Source: a virus (taxonomy: Duplodnaviria > Heunggongvirae > Uroviricota > Caudoviricetes). Taken from it: a stretch of 43,934 nucleotides of DNA. A program made the position numbers and the translations under genes. This document shows positions 1 to 8,632 of this stretch, one piece after another. Position 1 is the stretch's first letter, and each line of letters starts with the position of its first letter. Below the pieces are notes generated by a model. It did not search any database. It saw only the letters and a list, made by a program, of their open reading frames with translations, and was not told where the DNA came from. Location: the IMG/VR virus record IMGVR_UViG_2541047848_000002. One strand, written 5' to 3'.

Positions 1-1164
1 TTACGCCTTCTTTATATCCTCCATAATTCCAGAGTGGGACATATTTGGGACATTATCACCAAAAATGTCGTCTATTTTCCTCGCATGCTCTGTCAAATGA
101 TTAGGCGCAAGGTGAGCATACCTACGAACCATTTCTATGGACTCCCATCCGCCCATTTCCTGAAGCACTGATAATGGGACGCCTGACTGAATCAGCCAGC
201 TTGCCCAGGTGTGTCTGAGGTCATGGAAACGGAAATCTTCAATTCCTGCACGACGACAAGCTGATAGCCATGATGTCTTGCTGTCGATGCGCATCTTCCT
301 GACCGCAGGCGTTGATGTTCCATCTGCTCGCTTAGCCGCCTTGGTATGTACAAACACCCATTTGTGATGCTTGCCTATTTGATCACGCAACACTTTACAG
401 GCGGTATCGTTCAGCGCCACACCAATGGCGCGGTTTGATTTGCTCTCTTCTGGATTCACCCAGGCAACTCGTCGCTGCATGTCGATTTGTTGCCATTCCA
501 GATTTATGATGTTCGACTTTCTCAGACCAGTTGCCAGCGCAAACTTGACGACAGATTTCAGTGGTTCGGGGCACTCATCAATAAGGCGTTTTGCTTCCTC
601 CTTTTCCAGCCATCTGACTCGCTTGTTTCTGACCGCTGGTATCTTGATGACAGGCGCTTTTTCCAGCCACTTCCAGTCGCGTTCTGCAGCACGGAGAATG
701 GCCTTTATCATGGCAAGATGCTTTGCCTTTGTCTGAGTTGATACTGGCTTTGGTTCATAAACAGGCGGTTCTTTACCTTTCCTGATGGCGGCCTGAACTT
801 TCTGTTTCCATATTTCTTTCGTCTTTCTGTTATGCATTCTGCTTACAGCAGAGTAAATCTTTGCCTCCGAGATATCTTTAAGCCTTATACCCTCAAAATG
901 TTCAAGCCAGAACTCAATCCGGCTTTTATCTGAATCGAGAGATTTTTTATCAGCTTTTTCCTCAAGCCATCTTAGGCAGGCCTCTTCAAAAGTGACATCA
1001 GGTAAATCCCCTAGCTTTTCTACTCGCCAGAGTTCTGCTTTTCGCTTGTCGTGCAACTCCTGAGCTTGCCGCTTGTCCTTTGTGCCAAGAGATTCCTTAA
1101 TTCGTTTCCCGCCCGGGAGCGAATACGAGGCATACCATATTTCATTTCTGCGGAAGAGTGACAT
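1..1164 (-). CDS. int: Phage integrase, tyrosine recombinase family
   Basis: 387-aa ORF at the prophage edge; C-terminal catalytic motifs [10 protein letters not shown] (His-x-x-Arg) and VRRYAHL (Tyr) typical of tyrosine recombinases; SD-like GAGGAAAG upstream of the ATG at 1164; followed by an excisionase-like gene. Confidence 0.93.
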   Translation of the reverse strand: MSLFRRNEIWYASYSLPGGKRIKESLGTKDKRQAQELHDKRKAELWRVEKLGDLPDVTFEEACLRWLEEKADKKSLDSDKSRIEFWLEHFEGIRLKDISEAKIYSAVSRMHNRKTKEIWKQKVQAAIRKGKEPPVYEPKPVSTQTKAKHLAMIKAILRAAERDWKWLEKAPVIKIPAVRNKRVRWLEKEEAKRLIDECPEPLKSVVKFALATGLRKSNIINLEWQQIDMQRRVAWVNPEESKSNRAIGVALNDTACKVLRDQIGKHHKWVFVHTKAAKRADGTSTPAVRKMRIDSKTSWLSACRRAGIEDFRFHDLRHTWASWLIQSGVPLSVLQEMGGWESIEMVRRYAHLAPNHLTEHARKIDDIFGDNVPNMSHSGIMEDIKKA

Positions 1165-1391
1165 TTTCTTTCCTCTGTTATGCCATCACCCGCGCTCACC
1201 TGGACAGTATGCAGCGGAGACTGAAGCGCCGCAATGCAGGCTTGCCGTGTTGTGAGGTAAGGAGATTTTGGCTTGGTTGGATCTTTACGTGTTGCCTGTA
1301 GGCGGCCTGTTCGTATCCAGTTGGTGGCGGTTGGTCTGGATATCTTAAGAAACTGACAGGCCTCATCGAGTGTGAGGCTGTATGATTCCAT
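1020..1391 (-). CDS. xis: Excisionase (Xis/AlpA-type helix-turn-helix)
   Basis: ORF 1020..1421; likely start at internal Met ([31 protein letters not shown]), an excisionase-type HTH; lies immediately upstream of int and its 3' end overlaps the int 5' end in another frame. Start codon choice uncertain. Confidence 0.65.
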   Translation of the reverse strand: MESYSLTLDEACQFLKISRPTATNWIRTGRLQATRKDPTKPKSPYLTTRQACIAALQSPLHTVQVSAGDGITEERKCHSSAEMKYGMPRIRSRAGNELRNLLAQRTSGKLRSCTTSEKQNSGE

Positions 1392-1641
1392 GGTTACCTC
1401 TGCTTTTTGAACGCATGTCACGTAACTTCTTAATGTGTTCTGCCGTTTCGATCTCTTCTGCTATCCGATCTGCATCAGCTTTATTCACAGGTTCAAAGTC
1501 ATGATTAAAGCGGAACATGCTGGCGATACATGTTCTGCCTTTTCGGATGTAGTGAACTTTGTTGTGGGTAGAACGCAGGATTTTGCAGGGAGTGCCGTGG
1601 TGGTCGACGTACCAGGTGTTAGGAAAAATGATTCTGAACAT
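1363..1641 (-). CDS. Hypothetical early protein
   Basis: 92-aa ORF between xis and the TraR-like gene, same orientation as the leftward early operon; no domain recognised. Confidence 0.35.
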   Translation of the reverse strand: MFRIIFPNTWYVDHHGTPCKILRSTHNKVHYIRKGRTCIASMFRFNHDFEPVNKADADRIAEEIETAEHIKKLRDMRSKSRGNHGIIQPHTR

Positions 1642-1688
1642 TTTTACACCTCAGTTGGACGATGTTGAAATTTGCTGCTTTGAGGCCA

Positions 1689-1907
1689 TCACAGTCCCCA
1701 TTGTTTGTTCTTAAGTTCGATCTCCTCCTGGCAACTCGCACAAGTTCGACAACCCTGAACAGCCAGGCGTCTTCGCTCATCTATCGGATCGCCACACTCA
1801 CAACAATGAGTTGCGGATACAGTCTGGTAGTTCAGACGACGCATTTTTATTGCTGTATTGCGCTGTAATTCTTCGATTTCTGATGCTGAATCAATGATGT
1901 CTGCCAT
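1689..1907 (-). CDS. TraR/DksA-family C4 zinc-finger protein
   Basis: 72-aa ORF with paired Cys motifs (CCECG ... CRTCASC) in the spacing typical of the TraR/DksA C4 zinc finger; small proteins of this family are common in lambdoid early-left regions. Confidence 0.8.
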   Translation of the reverse strand: MADIIDSASEIEELQRNTAIKMRRLNYQTVSATHCCECGDPIDERRRLAVQGCRTCASCQEEIELKNKQWGL

Positions 1908-2005
1908 CTTTCATTAATCCCTGAATTGTTGGTTAATACGCTTGAGGGTAAATGCGAATAATAAAAAAGGAGCCTGTAGCTCCCTGATGATTTTGCTTTT
2001 CATGT

Positions 2006-2287
2006 TCACCGTTCCTTAAAGACGCCGTTCAACATGCCGATCGCCAGGCTTAAATGAGTCGGTGTGAATCCCATCAGCGTTACCGTTTCGCGGTGCTTCT
2101 TTAGTACGCTACGGCAAATGTCATCGACGTTTTTATCCGGAAAATGCTGTCTGGCTTTTTTGATTTCAGAATTAGCCTGACGGGCAATGCTGCGAAGGGC
2201 GTTTTCTTGCTGAGGTGTCATTGAACAAGCCCCATGTCGGCAAGCATAAGCACACAGAATATGAAGCCCGCTGCCAGAAAAATGCAT
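2006..2287 (-). CDS. Hypothetical early-left protein (lambda b-region ORF-like)
   Basis: 93-aa ORF; alternative start at internal Met (MTPQQENALRS..., ATG at 2219-2221) would give 71 aa. Position between exo and xis matches the lambda orf61/orf63/orf60a cluster (recall). Confidence 0.5.
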   Translation of the reverse strand: MHFSGSGLHILCAYACRHGACSMTPQQENALRSIARQANSEIKKARQHFPDKNVDDICRSVLKKHRETVTLMGFTPTHLSLAIGMLNGVFKER

Positions 2288-2297
2288 TCAGTGGTTG

Positions 2298-2489
2298 TCA
2301 TACCTGGTCTCTCTCATCTGCTTCTGCTTTCGCCACCATCATTTCCAGCTTTTGTGAAAGGGATGTGGCTAACGTATGAAATTCTTCGTCTGTTTCTACT
2401 GGTATTGGCACAAACCTGACTCCAATTTGAGCAAGGCTATGTGCCATCTCAATACTCGTTCTTAACTCAACAGGAGATGCTTTGTGCAT
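2298..2489 (-). CDS. Hypothetical early-left protein (lambda orf63-like)
   Basis: 63-aa ORF ([23 protein letters not shown]...) in the leftward early operon; recalled to resemble lambda orf63. Confidence 0.55.
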   Translation of the reverse strand: MHKASPVELRTSIEMAHSLAQIGVRFVPIPVETDEEFHTLATSLSQKLEMMVAKAEADERDQV

Positions 2490-2650
2490 ACCGCCTCCCG
2501 TTTATTATTTATCTTCTCAGCCAGCCGCTGTGCTTTCAGGGGATTTCTGATAACAGAAAGGCCGGGAAATACCCAGCCTCGCTTTGTAACGGAGTAGACG
2601 AAAGTGATCGCGCCTACCCGGATATTATCGTGAGGATGCGTCATCGCCAT
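2462..2650 (-). CDS. Hypothetical small protein (lambda orf60a-like), overlapping neighbours
   Basis: 62-aa ORF overlapping the 3' end of exo and the 5' end of the preceding ORF in different frames, a packing typical of this lambda region. Low confidence. Confidence 0.35.
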   Translation of the reverse strand: MAMTHPHDNIRVGAITFVYSVTKRGWVFPGLSVIRNPLKAQRLAEKINNKREAVCTKHLLLS

Positions 2651-3321
2651 TGCTCCCCAAATACAAAACCAATTTCAGCCAGTGCCTCGTCCATTTTTTC
2701 GATGAACTCCGGCACCATCTCGTCAAAACTCGCCATGTACTTTTCATTCCGCTCAATCACGACATAATGCAGGCCTTCACGCTTCATACGCGGGTCATAG
2801 TTGGCAAAGTACCAGGCATCTTTTCGCGTCACCCACATGCTGTACTGCACCTGGGCCATGTAAGCCGATTTTATTGCCTCGAAACCACCGAGCCGGAATT
2901 TCATGAAATCCCGGGAGGTAAACGGGCATTTCAGTTCAAGGCCGTTGCCGTCACTGCATAAACCATCGGGAGAGCAGGCGGTGCGCATACTTTCGTCGCG
3001 ATAGATGATCGGGGATTCAGTAACATTCACGCCGGAAGTAAACTCAAACAGGGCTCTGGCGTCATTCTCGTACTGTTTTCCCCAGGCCAGCGCCTTAGCG
3101 TTAACTTCCGGAGCCACACCGGTGCAAATCTCAGCCAGCAGGGTGTGAAAGTAGGACATTTTCATGTCAGGCCACTTTTTTCCGGAGCGGGGTTTTGCTA
3201 TCACATTGTGAACTTCTGAAGCCGTGATGACGCCGAGTCGTAATTTGTTCCACGCATCATCTCCCTGTTCGACAGCTCTCACGTCGATCCCGGTACGCTG
3301 CAGGATAATGTCCGGTGTCAT
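2641..3321 (-). CDS. exo: Lambda exonuclease (Red alpha)
   Basis: 226-aa ORF; translation ([40 protein letters not shown]...) matches lambda Exo along its length from memory; overlaps the bet stop as in lambda. Confidence 0.95.
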   Translation of the reverse strand: MTPDIILQRTGIDVRAVEQGDDAWNKLRLGVITASEVHNVIAKPRSGKKWPDMKMSYFHTLLAEICTGVAPEVNAKALAWGKQYENDARALFEFTSGVNVTESPIIYRDESMRTACSPDGLCSDGNGLELKCPFTSRDFMKFRLGGFEAIKSAYMAQVQYSMWVTRKDAWYFANYDPRMKREGLHYVVIERNEKYMASFDEMVPEFIEKMDEALAEIGFVFGEQWR

Positions 3322-4103
3322 GCAGCCACCTTCTGCTCAGAGGCTTTCTGTTTCAGGAATCCAAGAGCTTTCACTGCTTCGGCCTGTGTCAGTTCTGACG
3401 ATGCGCGAATGTCGCGGCGAAATATCTGGGAACAGAGCGGCAATAAGTCGTCATCCCATGTTTTATCCAGGGCAATCAGCAGAGTGTTAATCTCCTGCAT
3501 GGTTTCATCGTTAACCGGAGTGATGTCGCGTTCCGGCTGACGTTCTGCAGTGTATGCAGTATTTTCGACAATGCGCTCGGCTTCATCCTTGTCATAGATA
3601 CCAGCAAATCCGAAGGCCAGACGGGCACACTGAATCATGGCTTTATGCCGTAACATCCGTTTGGGATGCGACTGCCACGGCCCCGTGATTTCTCTGCCTT
3701 CGCGGGTTTTGAATGGTTCGCGGCGGCATTCATCCATCCATTCGGTAACGCAGATCGGATGATTGCGGTCCTTGCGGTAAATCCGGCATGTACAGGATTC
3801 GTTGTCCTGCTCAAAGTCCATGCCATCAAACTGCTGGTTTTCATTGATGATGCGGGACCAGCCATCAACGCCCACCACCGGAACGATGCCATTCTGCTTA
3901 TCAGGAAAGGCGTAAATTTCTTTCGTCCATGGATTAAGGCCGTACTGGTTGGCAACGATCAGTAATGCGATGAACTGCGCATCGCTGGCATCACCTTTAA
4001 ATGCCGTCTGGCGAAGAGTGGTGATCAGTTCCTGTGGGTCGACAGAATCCATGCCGACACGTTCAGCCAGCTTCCCTGCCAGCGTTGCGAGTGCTGTACT
4101 CAT
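3318..4103 (-). CDS. bet: Recombinase Bet (Red beta, single-strand annealing protein)
   Basis: 261-aa ORF ([37 protein letters not shown]...) matching lambda Bet by recall; sits in the gam-bet-exo order. Confidence 0.95.
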   Translation of the reverse strand: MSTALATLAGKLAERVGMDSVDPQELITTLRQTAFKGDASDAQFIALLIVANQYGLNPWTKEIYAFPDKQNGIVPVVGVDGWSRIINENQQFDGMDFEQDNESCTCRIYRKDRNHPICVTEWMDECRREPFKTREGREITGPWQSHPKRMLRHKAMIQCARLAFGFAGIYDKDEAERIVENTAYTAERQPERDITPVNDETMQEINTLLIALDKTWDDDLLPLCSQIFRRDIRASSELTQAEAVKALGFLKQKASEQKVAA

Positions 4104-4108
4104 CCGTT

Positions 4109-4405
4109 TTATACCTCTGAATCAATATCAACCTGGTGGTGAGCAATGGTTTCAACCATGTACTGGATGTGTTCTGCCATGCGCTCCTGAAACTCAACAT
4201 CGTCATCAAACGCACGGGTAATGGCTTTTTTGCTGGCCCCGTGGCGTTGCAAATGATCGATGCATAGCGATTCAAACAGGTGCTGGGGCAGGCCTTTTTC
4301 CATGTCGTCTGCCAGTTCTGCCTCTTTCTCTTCACGGGCGATCTGCTGGTAGTAACGCGCCCAGCTCTGAGCCTCAAGACGATCCTGAATGTAATAAGCG
4401 TTCAT
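4109..4405 (-). CDS. gam: Gam, RecBCD inhibitor
   Basis: 98-aa ORF ([39 protein letters not shown]...) matching the short form of lambda Gam by recall. Confidence 0.9.
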   Translation of the reverse strand: MNAYYIQDRLEAQSWARYYQQIAREEKEAELADDMEKGLPQHLFESLCIDHLQRHGASKKAITRAFDDDVEFQERMAEHIQYMVETIAHHQVDIDSEV

Positions 4406-4480
4406 GGCTGAACTCCTGAAAATGGCTGTGAAAATATCGCCCGCGAAATGCCAGGCTGATTAGGAAAACAGGAAAGGGGA

Positions 4481-4771
4481 TTAGCGATTCAGGCCGTTAC
4501 CGCGTCCGTCGAGAAAAACTTCCACGAGCAAATCACGGGTATAAGTGCGCTCGATGCCGCGATGCAGATAAAGCCGTCCGCGTAAATTAGCTGATGCAGT
4601 CCAGGTACCATCTTTGTGTTTGACCAGCATTCCTGGCATGACCGCGCCGCGATTAACGGTCTGCGTTCTGTAATGTTGATGAACCATAAAAACTCCTGCC
4701 CGTAAGCTGGGCTGCTGAACATATAGAGACTTCTGCGCGTATTCAGGCGGTGGATGGCCGCCGGTTGTCAT
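4481..4771 (-). CDS. Hypothetical early-left protein (kil/cIII position)
   Basis: 96-aa ORF, first ORF downstream of the putative PL promoter and upstream of gam; basic, His/Arg-rich, no arginine-rich N-terminal motif; an overlapping 77-aa ORF in another frame is a competing call. Confidence 0.35.
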   Translation of the reverse strand: MTTGGHPPPEYAQKSLYVQQPSLRAGVFMVHQHYRTQTVNRGAVMPGMLVKHKDGTWTASANLRGRLYLHRGIERTYTRDLLVEVFLDGRGNGLNR

Positions 4772-4964
4772 AACTAAGCCGCCTCGTTGAAGCGACTAAG
4801 GTATGAAATGTTGAGTTGATTTCAGCTGGTCACACCGACGTTCACGCGTCCGTTTCACCCCTCGCACTCCCCGAAGCCTGCTGAAATTCAAACTGCGGAT
4901 CTAAGCGGTCATCGCAACGGTGAATCAGGTGGTTGCCGTATCGTTGTGTTGTTGCGATGAACTT

Positions 4965-4993
4965 ATTTAAAACTATAGTTGTTTTACCGTCAA
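4965..4993 (-). promoter_or_regulatory. Candidate PL promoter (minus strand: TTGACG-N17-TTAAAT) with overlapping operator-like inverted repeats
   Basis: Read on the minus strand: -35 TTGACG (plus 4988-4993), 17-nt spacer, -10 TTAAAT (plus 4965-4970); adjacent palindrome AACAAC-aaaa-GTTGTT (about 4992-5007) and further GGTTGT half-sites up to about 5040, resembling the OR half-sites. Confidence 0.35.
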
Positions 4994-5133
4994 CAACAAA
5001 AGTTGTTTTATTGGTTGTTTTAGATATAACTGGTTGTATTTAGGATGGATTTATTTTGTGACTTGAATCGCATAGCGATAACTGAAGCGAGGTTATGGTG
5101 GTTTTTTTAACGGTGTGTGTGATGAGGGGAGGG

Positions 5134-5163
5134 GACAAAAGAAAACCCGGCACGGTGGCCGGG
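5134..5163 (-). terminator. Rho-independent terminator downstream of the cI-partner-kinase operon
   Basis: On the minus strand: GC stem CCCGGC/GCCGGG (plus 5146-5151 / 5158-5163) followed by a U-run (plus 5134-5145, reading TTTTCTTTTGTC on the minus strand). Confidence 0.5.
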
Positions 5164-5330
5164 CTAGATCTTAAAGTATTTATCTTTTAGAGATGTAGAT
5201 GCAAAATTTTTTGCCTTTGAAAATTTTTTGTCATCAGAAGAGCTTATGAACTCATCTTTTTTGTAGGGAACCGCTAATGCTGCATCACGTCTGCGAGGCA
5301 GCTTACTTACTTCCTCGCACTTTTTCATGA

Positions 5331-6377
5331 TCAGTTATCCTTTAATAACCTATACAGTTTTGTAGGGGTACATCCTGAGGATATTGTTAAGTTCGTAGCA
5401 CGCCTTTTCCGCCCACCATCGTATAAACGAAAACCAGTAGTAGACGAATTTTCTGCGTCAAAAACTATAGACAGTATAACGTCCTCAGACTTTTTTTGCC
5501 ATTCATATGTGCCGTTAGTTGGTTTTGTCATCTGTAGACGCCAGTCAAGAACGCCATCACTTATAGCTGAGAGATCGTTTAGTACGTCTAGTACGGATTG
5601 ATATCTTTCATTTGGATCTACATGAATGCATTTGTTTACTATTGTTATCAATTTTTTATGTATGTGGGAAGGATACTCTTTTAATGGATAGGAGCCATTA
5701 ATTATCGACTCTCTGAGTTGTTCAATCGTTCTAAATGCAGATCTTTCTCTTTCAAAATTATCATATCCAACACACATTCTATATATGGTTAATCCTGCCT
5801 GATATATGTCATATGTGAAATTATAATCATTTGTTGATAAAGAAAAATATTCCGGTGGCACATGAAAATGATATCCAAACTCAGGCGCAGCTCTCGATTC
5901 CTCATTGACTAACTGAGACAATCCAAAGTCAGATAGCATGGCCTCATTTCTGTTTGATATCATGATGTTATTAGGTTTTATATCAAAATGCATAAGACCT
6001 TTTGAGTGTATATGATAAAGCCCACTTAAAAATTGAATAGAATACCGTATTATCTCCCTGCTCGTAAGATTAATCTTTTTTATTAATTGGTTTAGCGAAC
6101 CATTATGATAAAATGGCATGGCTATATAGATATTGCTCTCACATTGAGCAGCATACTGAACTTGCACAATATTTGGATGTGCATGTTTATAGAGAAGCCT
6201 TGCTTCATTAAAGTAGTCGTCGTGGTTAGTGTTTTCTTTTTTTTCTATTTCTTTAATCACCAAGTCATGAGCTAGGTGTCTGTCATGAGCCAGATATACT
6301 TTTGAAAAACAACCCTGTTCTTCTAGATCACGAATCCATTCGAATGCTACATCAGCTCTTTTGTATGGAGTCAGCAT
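5331..6377 (-). CDS. Hanks-type (eukaryotic-like) Ser/Thr protein kinase, lysogen-expressed
   Basis: 348-aa ORF with kinase subdomain motifs: VIKEI (VAIK-like Lys), HFDIKPNN (catalytic loop, HRD variant), SDFGLS (DFG), PPEY (APE-like); about 90 extra C-terminal residues; about 33% GC; strong SD GGAGGT 8 nt upstream; start overlaps the stop of the upstream gene (ATGCTGA). Confidence 0.85.
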   Translation of the reverse strand: MLTPYKRADVAFEWIRDLEEQGCFSKVYLAHDRHLAHDLVIKEIEKKENTNHDDYFNEARLLYKHAHPNIVQVQYAAQCESNIYIAMPFYHNGSLNQLIKKINLTSREIIRYSIQFLSGLYHIHSKGLMHFDIKPNNIMISNRNEAMLSDFGLSQLVNEESRAAPEFGYHFHVPPEYFSLSTNDYNFTYDIYQAGLTIYRMCVGYDNFERERSAFRTIEQLRESIINGSYPLKEYPSHIHKKLITIVNKCIHVDPNERYQSVLDVLNDLSAISDGVLDWRLQMTKPTNGTYEWQKKSEDVILSIVFDAENSSTTGFRLYDGGRKRRATNLTISSGCTPTKLYRLLKDN

Positions 6378-6832
6378 CCCCTTACCTCCGCAGATAGTGC
6401 AGCCAAAACAGCTTCATTTGTTTCAGTTGTAAAACCAGAATTATCGATTCCATTTATATTACGGTGTGACTTCAATATTTCTTTATACTCGATCTCTGTT
6501 AGGTTCAATGATGACTTCATACCAGATTTTCTAATGGTGTAATATCTTCTTACATCACTGCTTGAAAATGCTTCTTGAATAACAGCTTCTATATAAAGGC
6601 GGTCAATGCTAAGATTATCAGAGTTTGATTCAGTAACGCGTATAGCAGCTAATTCAACATTATATAAATTAAGAATGTCGAGGATGTTATTTCGCACATA
6701 CTTTAATTTTTCTGGTGTGTCTAAGGTCGAAGGTATTTTAATAACATCAACACATTTGAGTGCAGACTCATCAGTGCAATATACAACAAAAGATGTAACT
6801 TTGGGCGCCGCCCTAACACCTAGTATTCTCAT
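6371..6832 (-). CDS. Hypothetical protein, translationally coupled partner of the kinase
   Basis: 153-aa ORF immediately downstream of cI in the same orientation (rexA-equivalent position); low GC; stop overlaps kinase start; no domain recognised. Confidence 0.7.
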   Translation of the reverse strand: MRILGVRAAPKVTSFVVYCTDESALKCVDVIKIPSTLDTPEKLKYVRNNILDILNLYNVELAAIRVTESNSDNLSIDRLYIEAVIQEAFSSSDVRRYYTIRKSGMKSSLNLTEIEYKEILKSHRNINGIDNSGFTTETNEAVLAALSAEVRGC

Positions 6833-6912
6833 TTTTTATATCCCATTTTAGAATCAGGCTGCGTTTCTGCAGCCTCTCTCATCACCCAAATGTCTAATCA
6901 GGCTATTATTGA

Positions 6913-7602
6913 TTATCCATGTTTCCTGTATGTTTGCGGCATGCTCCCAATAACTTTCCCGAAGATAAACACCCGGTTCATCTCGTCTTTCTCGATTGGG
7001 TCCCACGGTGAGTAGCTCTTGTTATCAGAGATAACCAGCAGTTTATCCTTCATCATTTGCAGGCGCTTAACATGGGCTGTGTCGTCGTACAGAAACGCAT
7101 AGATACCATCACCGTCGAAAGATTTAACTGTGATATCAACGAACAGCAGATCACCTGGTTCGATCGTTCCTGACATGCTGTCACCACGCACGTTAATGAT
7201 GCGGATATTTTCCGCCTTCCTACCATCGAACATATGACGAGCATCGTCAAACGAGTACTCAACCGAGCGTAGAACTTCTACAAACTCACGGTTGATGACT
7301 CCCGGCCCAGCACTGACTTCTATATCAAGAACGTCAATCTTGAAGTATTTGGAATGGCTGACAGTTGATTGTATTGGTTGCACTGTACTGTCTGACATAT
7401 TTCCAACGCCAGAAGATAACCATTCTGCGCGCACACCCAAAGCGTTCGCGATCTCCACGATTTTAGTTGTTTGATTAGCTTTCCCTGTTTCGATTTTCTG
7501 AATAGCAGCTTGGCTAACCCCGACCAAATCCCCAAGCGCCTTTTGTGTAAGGCCTCGCGCTAATCTGGCTTCTTTAAGTCTTTCTGAGAGTGTTGTTTTC
7601 AT
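6913..7602 (-). CDS. cI: CI-type prophage repressor (HTH plus S24 LexA-like peptidase domain)
   Basis: ORF 6913..7668; probable start MKTTLSERLKEARLARGLTQKALGDLVGVSQAAIQKIE (HTH_XRE); C-terminal domain has Ala-Gly cleavage site (SAGPG), GDSM catalytic Ser and KRL Lys, typical of RecA-stimulated autocleaving repressors; divergent from cro. Confidence 0.9.
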   Translation of the reverse strand: MKTTLSERLKEARLARGLTQKALGDLVGVSQAAIQKIETGKANQTTKIVEIANALGVRAEWLSSGVGNMSDSTVQPIQSTVSHSKYFKIDVLDIEVSAGPGVINREFVEVLRSVEYSFDDARHMFDGRKAENIRIINVRGDSMSGTIEPGDLLFVDITVKSFDGDGIYAFLYDDTAHVKRLQMMKDKLLVISDNKSYSPWDPIEKDEMNRVFIFGKVIGSMPQTYRKHG

Positions 7603-7706
7603 AGTCCAAATGTACAACCAAGGTTTTATTTCATCAAACGAAAATGGTTGTTGACTAAAAACAACCATAGTTTTAATCTTGATTCAAATTAACCACGGAG
7701 GTTGTT
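7603..7706. promoter_or_regulatory. OR operator / PR-PRM region between cI and cro
   Basis: 104-bp divergent intergenic region; candidate PR: -35 TTGACT (7651-7656), 17-nt spacer, -10 TAATCT (7674-7679); inverted repeats ATGGTTGTT-N7-AACAACCAT and AACCAAGGTT as operator candidates; SD GGAGG before the cro ATG. Confidence 0.5.
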
Positions 7707-7937
7707 ATGAACCCAGCTATCAAAACAGCGATCAATATCGTTGGTTCACAAAAGAAACTGGGCGCTGCTTGCGAAGTTTCACAGCAGGCCGTCTATAAGT
7801 GGCTTCACAACAAAGCAAAGGTATCCCCTGAACATGTCGGCAGCATTGTTACGGCTACTGGTGGAGTAGTGAAGGCATACCAGATTCGCCCGGATCTTCC
7901 GAAGTTGTTTCCACACACCGAAAAGAACGCAGCTTAA
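7707..7937 (+). CDS. cro: Cro-like transcriptional regulator
   Basis: 76-aa ORF divergent from cI with an HTH (KKLGAACEVSQQAVYKWL); first gene of the rightward early operon. Confidence 0.8.
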   Translation: MNPAIKTAINIVGSQKKLGAACEVSQQAVYKWLHNKAKVSPEHVGSIVTATGGVVKAYQIRPDLPKLFPHTEKNAA

Positions 7938-7949
7938 ATTTCCATTTCA

Positions 7950-7962
7950 CGCTCTTTAACAA
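7950..7962 (+). promoter_or_regulatory. boxA-like element (CGCTCTTTAACAA), nutR-like position
   Basis: 12 of 13 match to the recalled rrn/lambdoid boxA consensus TGCTCTTTAACAA, 13 nt downstream of the cro stop; no convincing boxB hairpin follows. Confidence 0.4.
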
Positions 7963-8006
7963 TAAGCAATCAACTTAACAGTCAATTCAAACTAAAGGAG
8001 TCAATT

Positions 8007-8546
8007 ATGCAACCACTTACATACCAACAGACTAGCGGATTTAGCCCGACTGCGGTGATAAATCGTTCTCAAACAAAACAGGTGCCAGGCCACGAAAAAA
8101 TCCGTGATGCCGTCCGCGCCTGGTCGGCTGAAGATAATCAGGATGTCGTTGCCGCACTCATTGTGAATGAGTATCGAGCACAGGGCGGCGGCACTATCGA
8201 TTTTTCTGATGATGTCAGTCGTGCACGCCAGAAGCTGTTCCGCTTTCTCGATAACAAATTCGATTCTGAAAAATACCGAAATAACGTGCGTGAACTGACT
8301 CCAGCAATTCTGGCAGTACTACCGCTGAAATATCGCGGCCACCTGGTTGAGCAGGATAGCTTCATGGCTCGGCTGGCTGAAATGGAAAAGGAACTCAGTG
8401 AGGCAAAACAGGCTGTCATTCTCAACGCACCACGCCACCAGAAACTGAAGGAAATTAGTGAAGGTATTGTGTCGATGTTTCGTGTGGACCCAGATCTGGC
8501 TGGTCCATTGATGGCGATGGTTACTACCATGCTGGGGGCGATATGA
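8007..8546 (+). CDS. Hypothetical early regulatory protein (cII position)
   Basis: 179-aa ORF between cro and O with SD AAGGAG; occupies the cII slot but is much longer than lambda CII; function unassigned. Confidence 0.55.
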   Translation: MQPLTYQQTSGFSPTAVINRSQTKQVPGHEKIRDAVRAWSAEDNQDVVAALIVNEYRAQGGGTIDFSDDVSRARQKLFRFLDNKFDSEKYRNNVRELTPAILAVLPLKYRGHLVEQDSFMARLAEMEKELSEAKQAVILNAPRHQKLKEISEGIVSMFRVDPDLAGPLMAMVTTMLGAI

Positions 8547-8632
8547 CAGGTTCAGAAATGGCGAAAGCCGGTCTGCTGGAACAGAACCGACTTTCAGGTG
8601 CAAATCGTAACACACTCATTGCGGGAGGAATT

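Noticed and set aside
4481-4771. 96-aa ORF as a candidate N antiterminator
   Set aside because: No arginine-rich N-terminal motif, and no nut-like boxA/boxB upstream of it; kept as hypothetical.
7938-8006. Search for a boxB hairpin completing a nutR site after the boxA-like element
   Set aside because: No GC-stemmed short hairpin with a purine-rich loop found in the 45 nt following boxA; only boxA is reported.
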